From Octopus bimaculoides (taxonomy: Eukaryota): 64,000 nt of DNA. The notes below the pieces were generated by a model. The model saw only the letters and a program-made list of their open reading frames with translations. It did no database searches and had not been told where the DNA came from. The translations under genes were made by a program, and so were the position numbers. The stretch is from contig NC_068998.1 of the NCBI RefSeq assembly GCF_001194135.2, forward strand, positions 15,550,142-15,614,141, given 5' to 3'. Each line of letters starts with the position of its first letter. Within the stretch, counting starts at the first letter, position 1. Shown here one piece after another: positions 14,107 to 24,600 of the stretch.

Positions 14107-15039
14107 AGATATATATGATGGGCTTTTTTCAGTTTCCATGTACCAAGGCTTTGGTCAGCCTGAGGCTTTAGTAGAAGTCACTTGCTGCAAGTGCTATGCT
14201 GTGGGACTAAAACCAGAACCATGTGGTTGGGAAGCAAGCTTCTTACCACATGGCCATGCCTATGCCTTTATTTTACATCATGATGGGTTGGATGGGTACA
14301 TACTATTATTATTGCTACCTTATTTTAAAGTCCACTTTTCCATGTGTGCATGGGTCAGCCAGAATTCATGGAAGATTCACTATGGCTTGATGTCCTTCCT
14401 ATTGCCAACCCTTGTTTCCAAATAAGGTAATTTTTCACCATAGTGGGACATGTCTTCACAGAAGATTGATAACAAATTTCATTGCATGTATCACAGTAAC
14501 ACTGGTTTGCAGCCATCATGTAATGTCAACACACACACGACAGGCTTATTTCCCTTCCCATCTACCAAATCCACTCAACAGGCTTTTGGTTAATCTGGTG
14601 TGTCATGCAGTAGAATTGAACCTGAAACCATGTGGTTGGAAAGTAAACTATTTAACCAGTCATATCTGAAAATGTTTTAACTATTACAAATTAGTAGCTG
14701 TAAAGAAATTACCACTATTTAAACAAATTACTTGCTATTTTGAATTTGCTTTCTTTGTTTATACAATGCAGGGTTTTGTTGATAAATAGTTCAGACGAAC
14801 CAATGAATAGTTATATAATTGGACTCGTTGATAATGAGTGTAATTATTGCTATATAGAGTTGTTAGTTTATCAAGCCAGAAAATAAGTACATTTCATGAT
14901 ATAAGGTTTGAGTCAAGAAATCTTAAGTTTTAGAAAATCAGACCTCTCCTATTAAAAGAAGATTTTAAAGCAGTTTTTTTTTTATGCTAACAATTTTCTC
15001 ATAATGATCTATGTTGTAAATACATATTACTGATTATGT

Positions 15040-15099
<60 letters not shown>

Positions 15100-15604
15100 N
15101 NNNNNNNNNNNNNNNNNNNNNNNNNNNNNNNNNNNNNNNNNNNNNNNNNNNNNNNNNNNNNNNNNNNNNNNNNNNNNNNNNNNNNNNNNNNNNNNNNNNN
15201 NNNNNNNNNNNNNNNNNNNNNNNNNNNNNNNNNNNNNNNNNNNNNNNNNNNNNNNNNNNNNNNNNNNNNNNNNNNNNNNNNNNNNNNNNNNNNNNNNNNN
15301 NNNNNNNNNNNNNNNNNNNNNNNNNNNNNNNNNNNNNNNNNNNNNNNNNNNNNNNNNNNNNNNNNNNNNNNNNNNNNNNNNNNNNNNNNNNNNNNNNNNN
15401 NNNNNNNNNNNNNNNNNNNNNNNNNNNNNNNNNNNNNNNNNNNNNNNNNNNNNNNNNNNNNNNNNNNNNNNNNNNNNNNNNNNNNNNNNNNNNNNNNNNN
15501 NNNNNNNNNNNNNNNNNNNNNNNNNNNNNNNNNNNNNNNNNNNNNNNNNNNNNNNNNNNNNNNNNNNNNNNNNNNNNNNNNNNNNNNNNNNNNNNNNNNN
15601 NNNN

Positions 15605-15663
<59 letters not shown>

Positions 15664-18600
15664 AATGTGTGATATCATATTCAATAATTTCTACTCATAT
15701 TCAATATATATTAGTATTATATGATTATAGTTAAGCTCCAGGTTTTCTTTTATGTTTTTCTTGAGATAGCTGCAGTTCTAAAATTGATTATGTTCAAAAG
15801 CTATTTCCTTTCATTAAGAATATTTCAAACTTTATAAATGTATATGTGACAAAACAAAATGTATACTGTCAACATGAGTCATTAAGTAAGATGTTAATTC
15901 TTTTAATATAATGATAATATAGGTACAAGTGTAGGTGTGTGGTTTAGAAGCTTGCTTCTCAACCATGTTGTCTCAGGTTCAGTTTCAATTCATGCTTACA
16001 TGGGAAAGTGTCTTCTACTATAGCCCTGGCACTGACAAAAGCCTTGTGAGTGGATTTGGTAGATGAAAACTGAAAGAAGACTTTCGTATGTGTGTTTATG
16101 TGTGTGTGTGTACCTTTATTTTGACATAATGTGATGGTGGTAAATGAGTATCACTGTCATACGAACAATATTGTTTATTTCCAGCCTTCTGTGAAGAACA
16201 TATCTGACTATGCAGAAATATCACCTTAGAAACAGGTGAGGGTTGGTGACAGGAATGGCGTCTAGCTGCAGAAAATCTGCCTCAACAAATTTCGTCTGAC
16301 CCATACAAGCATTGAAAAATGTACCTTAAATGATGATGATGATGATGATTCTTGCAGTATTAAAAAAATATGGTGATGTTAAATGATGTTATATTTTTGT
16401 TTTTGTAGATACAGTTAGTGACAACTCTGAAGCAGCCAGTAATGATGCTGAAGAAGGCCAACCTTCAGTTCAGAACTTAGAGCAGCTTAATTTAAATGAT
16501 TCTAACAGTGAAGATGATACAAATTTGCCAGTTGACAGTGAGTCAATAGAAGATCATAATGATAATTATGATGATGAAGATGATGAACCTGTAAATACAC
16601 AAGGTATTTCGTTATGTTCTCTCTTGCTTTGCTTTGCTCCCATCTTTCATTTGTCTTCCATTTCTCTCCCTCTGTCTCTCTCTGGCTGGGTAGCCTTGTA
16701 CCTCCTCTACGGCAAGACATCTGTTTCTACAAGATCACCTCCTCCAAATTCCCCCTCCCCTCTCAAAGATTCCTTGTTTTGCTTAGTTACTTGGTGACCT
16801 TGCCAGTGCAGGTGCCGCTTAAATAGCATCAAGTCCACGCTGTAAAGTGGTTGGCATTTGGAAGGGCATCTAGCTGTAAAAACCATGCCAAAACTGACCT
16901 TGCCAGTGCCGGTGCCTTTTAAAAAGCACTCAGCCCACTCTGCACAGTGACTGGTGTTAGGAAGGGCATCCAACCATAAAAAACCATGCCAAAACAGACA
17001 CAGAAGTATGGTGCAGGCTTCTGTCTGGCCAGCTCCTGTCAAACCATCCAACTTATGCCAGCATGGAAGGAGGATGTTAAACAATAATGATGATGATTTC
17101 TGTGAAAGCAAATACACATATAATCTAGTCTTTGTAAAGAGTGCAGAAAATGGCAATAACTTTATTCTCACTTAATTTATTCAGATTCTAATTATTATAT
17201 ACTCAGTGCTTTGATATCTGACATTTTATATTTTTAATCAGATAATGAAAAAAAAAGAAATACTTTGTGGTTTTGTTGTTCTTACTTTTAAGATGAGAAA
17301 GTAAAAAAAAAATGATGTCGTCAAGTTTATTCTAAAGTGAAGCTATGAACCTTATATTTTCTGCCTCCCCCATTCCCATTTTATGATTTGCTCCAGATAT
17401 ACATGGTTGTAGACAGAATACTCTAACATAATATTAGCTTAAGCTAATGTCTTTCAATCAGTATTACCTCAAAAGGATAAGATGGTTGTTGGGGTGTTTG
17501 TGTGCATATGTGTTTGAACATTGGAGCTCTTCTCATCTGTTAACAAGGAGTATAAATTTAGAAGCTTGACTGGAAGACTCTCATTAGCAACATATATGGT
17601 GTGGTTAAGAAGTTTGCTTTGCAATCATATCGCTTCAGTTTCCATCTTGTTGCTTGGCATCTCAGACAAGTGCCTTCTCTGTTACGGTCTTAGGTTGACC
17701 AATGCTTTGCGAATGATATTTGACAGGAAGAAACTATACAATAGATCATCTCAAACACTCACACACACACACGTGTATTTATATATATATGCATCGTATG
17801 TATATATTTGCATTGCCACCACAAAGTCCACCTAGTCATTCAAGTGACTATCTATGTGCCAACTATCAGTCTGGCTTGGGAGTTAAACAAGAATAACAAC
17901 GATAAATGTTTCTTATTACACTAAATAGAAACAATACGCCTTTTAACCGTTTATAAGAATTCTTTCTTGTATCATGATATGTCTTTATTTCTTTTATAGA
18001 GGAGATGGACTCCTTATTACGTCACTGCTTCCTTTGTGCCTTGAAATCTAAAGTTAAAGAAAAAGAACTCCCTATAATGACAATAAATTTTTACCGAAAT
18101 CATATGAAAGCTTTTTGGTTAGTAAACAGTTGTTTTGTTTTAAAAATATAAATTTTGACCAAAATTTGATTTTCACTCCCTTTCTGCCCGTTTTGAGGAT
18201 GTTTTTTTTTTTTTTTTTTTTTGGTATTCCTTCTGCTTTGTAATACAACTAAACATGTTCAGCTACTTTCCATGAAATTCTTTAAGATGATATATACTGT
18301 CTGTATTTATAATGTGGTTCTTTCTTTTAAACATCTTCAGTTTAAACGAACAGAATTGTAGCATTTCTGTTGTAGCCTTTGACTGAGTTCTTGAGAACAT
18401 CCTTCAGTCCCAGTTACTGTTGCATTGACACTGTAGACATGACTAGGCAGGTTTTTCCTAATGATTTCAATCTATGTGGATGGAAAATGATCTTTGAGTG
18501 ACTAATTTTAAGAAAGGTATTCAACTGTAGTAAATATAAACTCTAATATCTTATACTAGTGTCTCGTATATTTTCAGAATGCTCCAATTCATGCCAACAT

Positions 18601-21600
18601 TGAAAAATAGTTGTATAAATTTTAAATAGAAACCAGTAAGTGCAGATCAATAATCAATGATTAAATGTATACAAATTTAATGAGTAGTTTTTGTGATACA
18701 TTTTAGATTAAAACACTTAGCAGCAGATATATTTTTTAATTATTAAATGTGTTAACTCTGTTTGCTGGGCAACAGTGATTTATGTGCAATTAATTCTGAA
18801 TGTAGATTTAATTACAATAAACAAAAATAGTATAATTTAAGTAATACTGATGGCTAAAATATATTTTCTGAAAACAGAAGATAGATATAATATAGAGAAC
18901 AGTGTTTCCCCAGACTGAAATGTAGTTTATCAAATGTATTTTATAAATTATATGAAATCTAGTTCTAAGAATATTTCTATTTTTAAAGATATGATAATCA
19001 TTGAATTTTTTTCTTTTCTTTTCATTTTCCCAGTTTAGCATTTTCATATATATTTCTTTATTTCTTCTTACTTCCCTTTTATTCTGTCCTTAATTTTCTA
19101 TAGTTGTAATCAACCAGTATCTTTATTTTTGATTGTAGCCCTGAAGGTAAAACACTTGAAGTTAAGAAATCTTCCTATAAAAAGGTAAATTTCCTGATCA
19201 CTAAAACTTATTATCCAGTAGATGAAATAACTGAGTTAAAACACACCTGCATTTTAATCAACTAATACTTGTGAGTTTGATTCCCAGATCAGGCTGTGTG
19301 TTGTGCTCTTGAGCAAGACACCTTATTTCATGTTGATCTAGTTCACTCAGCTGTAGAAATGAGTTGCAATGTCACTGGTACCAAGCTGTATCGGCATTTG
19401 CTTTTCCCTCAGTAGTGTGGAGAGGGGAGGCTGGTATGCATGGGCAACTGCAGGTCTTCCATAAACAACCTTACTCAGATTGTTCCTTGGAAGGTAACTT
19501 TCTGGGTGCAAACCCATGGTCTTTCATGATTGAAGAGGGTCTTTACTCTTTTGTTTACCCTTTTATTTGTTGCCAGTAACTACAACCATTTATTATGCTT
19601 GTTTTCCTTTCTCTGTTATATTCTTAGTGTTACTGTTAATAACAGTTAAATATGTCTTAAAATTACATAAAGTTAAAATGTGCTGTGTGCCTTTTGTAGA
19701 AAGTATTCTGAGCAAGGTGGGTTTAGGTGTACTAAAGAAGTATCGGACTGTGACATGCAATGCCATAAGTAAGATGTAATAAAAAGATGTTTGTCTTGTA
19801 CACTCTATCCAACTCTTGTCAGTATAAGAAACCATATATTAACCCATTAGCATTTAGATTACTGTATCATGTAATCCCTATTCATTCACATTGTTTTGAA
19901 TTATCTTGTAATTGCAAGATTTTGATGATGTGGTTGTTTATTTTTAGTATGACATTGTAAGGTAGGTGTAAGAGGCCAAATCCACTCAGTTTGAATATAA
20001 AACAGAATATTTGGGCCAAATATAACCAGTTTAAATGCTAAAGGGCTTAAATCAACAATGATGAGGAAATAGAACTTCTATAGCTGCCTTTGTGATGTTT
20101 CCTGTTGACACTGAAATGAAATATGTGATTACCATAAACACTTAAAAATTTAAACTCCTTAGTTTGATGAAGTTAATTAAACTTACATGGACTTGGGAAA
20201 TAAATTACAGTTTGAAATTCAGTATGAAATTGTTTCTTTATGAATCAGAATTAAGGGGATTTTTTTTTTATCACCTTTGCTGTATGATGTCTTCTATTTT
20301 CATTTAATTTTGTGAATAAAAAAAATCATTTTACTCTTTCTCAGCTTTCAAAATTTCTCCAAGAAATGCAAGATAATGATTTTATAAAAGTGGCCCCAAA
20401 AAGTAAAGGTGTTGATGAAATAATATGGTTAAATAAAGACCATGCAAAGTAAGATTACAACTCAATTTTTATTTTCTTTATAGTTTTAAAATTTAATTAG
20501 TAATTTTCTTGTATAAGGTGATGGTTTAAAAAAAAAAAACACTTGATGCCTAACTTTTTTTTTGTGCATTTAAGACAAGCTATCATACCTAAAAAAAACC
20601 AGACTTCAATCTAAGTTGGGACTATATTGGTTATGCTATCATATAATGTTTGGTTGTGTGAAATGTAGCCTAATACAGCATGTTTCAGTTTATACTTCTT
20701 TGTATAGTTGACTTGTGCAATGCAAATTGCATAATTCATTTGCAGAGCAAACTATACTCACCTTCCTGTGAATAGGCCTATAAAAATTGTCTTGGTTTTG
20801 AGATTTCAGGATGGTTATTGTAAAACTACCAGTAGAAGGTTGAGTAAATGATATATTAATGTATCTGCTAATGTATCATAGTGCTTCTGGGTTATACACT
20901 TTCTTCTCCTTGATCTCATTGCATGAAGCTGTTGCATGTTAATACCAGATCAACTCAGAATCCTCCACGTGATAGTCTGGTGTGCTATTCATCATGAGAT
21001 TTAGTTCTCATCAGCTTAACGTCATAAAGCTAGTACTGGCCTTCAGATATTATTTTAGGGTACAAAAGGTTTTTACTTATTGAAAAACTGATGGGAGACT
21101 ATAAGCTTCATAAAACTATCATTGGCCTTCAGATACTTTTTAGAGGTTTGAAAGGTGTATTTACTTTGAGAAAACTGGAGATTGTAAGCTCCAGGCAGTT
21201 TTTCTTGAATTGAAACTTGATAGTTGAATATATTATAAAGATCTTGTGGATATCCACATTATTTTTGATTAAATATCAAAGGTAAGGTTAAGAAATGATT
21301 AAAGACAAGGTATGTGAAAGAAGATAAATTTTGCAACCATATCTTCTTGGAAAGATGACAAAGTAACACTTAAAATCTCTGATTATCTCAGAAAAATGTA
21401 TTCAAAATGCATGCTCAGCATTTCTTGCTCTTTACATCAGAGCTTTATGTCTATTAGTATTTGTATGCTGCAATGAGGACGTTAGGAAACCTTTGTGGAC
21501 TAAAGAGAAGATATTTGGTACTGAGGTTATATTGGAGATTTATTTTCAATAAAAATTTCTATATTTTTGTAGACTTAGAGATTTGATTGTTCCTGATATT

Positions 21601-24600
21601 ACGGAACAAGCAAAAGAGTCTGAGGATGATTTTCAACTACCCAAAATTACTGAAATACGGATTGTGACAGCAGCAGTTTTGCCAGTTTTGAAGGAATATG
21701 GTTATGAGTAAGTTAGATGTTTAATTTTATTTCAATCGGTGTCAATAGTATCTCCTTTCTCTCTGGACACTGCTGAAGAAATTCAAGAGCCAGTTGGTGT
21801 CTTTAAACTAAGTGGTTAAGTGCATTTTCAAATCTCTTATTATCTTAAGATAATATGAGATTTGGCAGTTATTTCTAGCAGGTTGAACCACTGTGTAGGG
21901 TTCCATTACCACCACCATTGACTGGAGAAAGAGAGTTTCTGATATGTGTGTGTCTGAATCTATTGAGCTGTGGAAAATGTTTGATCAAAAGTGAATTCAA
22001 ATTCACTGATCTAGTTTCTTGAACATTCAAAGTTATCATCAAAGTCATAGTTTCAACGTCCACCTTTCCATTCTTGTATAGATTGGATGAAGCTTAATAA
22101 GGCAAATTTTCCAAGGTTGAACATCCTTCCTGTCATCAACCCTCACTTGTTATCAAGCAAGGTTTCCTGTAGCCAGACATGATTTTTCAGAATATTGGAA
22201 ACAAATAATGCATCTTCGATGATAGTGACACTCATTCACAAATATGTGATTTCAAGACAAAGATTCACCCTGCCACACACACACACTTTTTTTAAAGTTT
22301 TTCAGAAATATAGGACACAATTCCAGTCATGCTTCTGTTTTTTAACAAGTAAGAAATTCATCAAATGTGTGTTAATTTTTTTTCTATTTGAATACAATTG
22401 TATTTTTACTTTAACTAATCAATAGTTTTTCTTCTAATTTTAACAATGCCAGCAAAGGAAGTACTATGCTACCAGCAGATGTGAGAACTGTCATAACAGA
22501 TTATGTAAAAAAAAACCAATTACCGTTTGATAAAAGCCAAAGGTAAGAATAAACATAGAAGGTGGGCAATAATCACACACCAAAACATTTCATATTTTAT
22601 TTATATCATTATTATTATTATGTTGTTGTTGTTCATTCATTTTGTTCATCATGTATAAGTATGTGTGAAATCATCATTATTTTTTATTTTATTCAATTTC
22701 AATAAAATTGAAGCATGTCTTTGACAATTCTGGAGCATATTGAAGTTTTTTGGGTGGTTTCCCCTGAATTCTAATTTCCAAATTCTTTAACTATGGACAT
22801 GCTTTATGGACCTCCATCCAGCCATCATCTCTGCCCACTGTTCTTGGGAGGACCGATGGGATAGTCCTCAGGTACCTCCTCCACAGAGTGCTTTCAGAAA
22901 AAACTGCCATTAAACTTCCCAATTGGATTCCTAAGCGTGACCAATTGAGGCTTTGGGTATCATCCAACCATCTCATTCTTGGTCCGCCACTAGGTCTCCT
23001 GCTGGTTGGCTTGACTTGAAGAATTTGTCTTCTGGTTTCTTTATATGACATTTTAATCACATGTAAAAAGCATCCAGTCAACACAGTAAAGTGGTTGGCA
23101 TTTGGAAGGGCAGCCAGCTGTAAAAACCATGCCAAAACAGACCTCGCTGCTGCAGGTTCCACATAAAAAGCACTCAGTCCACTCTGTTGGGTGCTTGATG
23201 TTAGGAAGGGCATCCAGCCATAAAAACCCTGCTAAAACAGATAGTGAAGCCTGCTCTTTTCCCTCCAAGTGATACATCCTGTAACTCTGCAGTTTTGAGG
23301 ACTGGTGGAATACTAGTCTCTTACTTGAAAACACTCAGAGGGCATTTTATCATCATCATACATCCATTTTCCATGCTAGCATGGGTTGGATGGCTTGACA
23401 GGAGCAGGCAAGCTTGAAGACTGTGCCAAGCCCCATTGTCTGCTTTGGCATGATTTTTATAGCTGGATGCCCTTTCTAATGCCAACCACTCTAGAGATTG
23501 GACTTGGTATTTTTCATGTGGCACCAGCACTAGCGAGGTATTTCTTTTCCCTATTCTACCTTCTTTGTTAATGGTGAAGGTGACTGCAACAACAGCTGCC
23601 ACCAACACCAACACCACCATTATCATCTACCTAGGCTTCTTAGCATGATAGTAAAGCAAAATCTTCTTGTTGCAGTATGGTGCAGTTGGATCCTGTTTTA
23701 GCGGAAATTGTTCTGCGTTCTGGTGAAAACAACAAATTTTACTTAGGCTGGAAAGACCTGATATCAAGGTAAGATTAACACCATACACACACACATATCA
23801 CCATTCCTCACTATCTACCTACTGTGAACTTTGATGTAAAATGAGTGGCTTTGTGATCCTGTCATTCAAGTTTCATGTTTAAAACCATTTATATTTAAGG
23901 ATTGAGTGCAAGCGTGGCTGTGTTAAGAAGTTTCCTCCCCAACCATACAGTCTCGGGTTCAGTCTCACTGCATGACACCTTGGGGCAAGTGTCTTCTACC
24001 ATGGCCTTTGATCAACCAAATCCTTGAGTGGAGCTGGCAGATGGAGACTGACAGAAGCCCGTTTTGTGTATGTCTGTATGTATGTGTGTGTTTTACTGTC
24101 TCCTTGCCTTGACTTGTTGAGATAGTTGTTAATGAGTGTCATCATTATTGTAAGCAATGTCCTTCATTTTCAATCTTCTTTGAAAACATCTCTGTTCATG
24201 GAGAATATTATCACATTACTTGGAAGCAAGTGAGGGTTGGAGACAGGAAGAGCATCTGGTTGTAGAAAATCTGCCTCAGCAAATTGTCTGACCCGTGTGA
24301 ATATGAAAAGTGGATGTTAAAATGATGATGATTAGAGTCATGTGATCATATGACCAACCAGGCTAGTCACAATGTGTCTTTTGCATTGTTTTAGCCTTCA
24401 AATGATGCTGGCTAGGTGAGCAGGCCAACATTCCCTCCTGATCGATAGGGGTACAGGAGTAACATGAAATGAAGTGTTTTGCTCAAGAACACAATGTGCT
24501 GCCCAATCAGGGAATTGAGCCCACGATCTAGCAGTCGTGAGTGCAATAGCCTAACTATTAGGCCTTACACCTTCACTGTAATTTGAGTAGTAGACTCATT

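Noticed and set aside
14999-15724. Long ORFs spanning N-runs (also 33124-33777, 54809-56135, 58395-58683, 59215-59547)
   Set aside because: Artefacts of assembly gaps and (AT)n arrays (YIYI/X translations)
16525-16797. 90-aa acidic ORF as a separate gene
   Set aside because: It is the 3' half of EIF2D exon 7 reading through the donor into the intron
22791-23213. 140-aa ORF as a host gene
   Set aside because: Chimera of an RTE C-terminus and the RTE 3'-tail repeat
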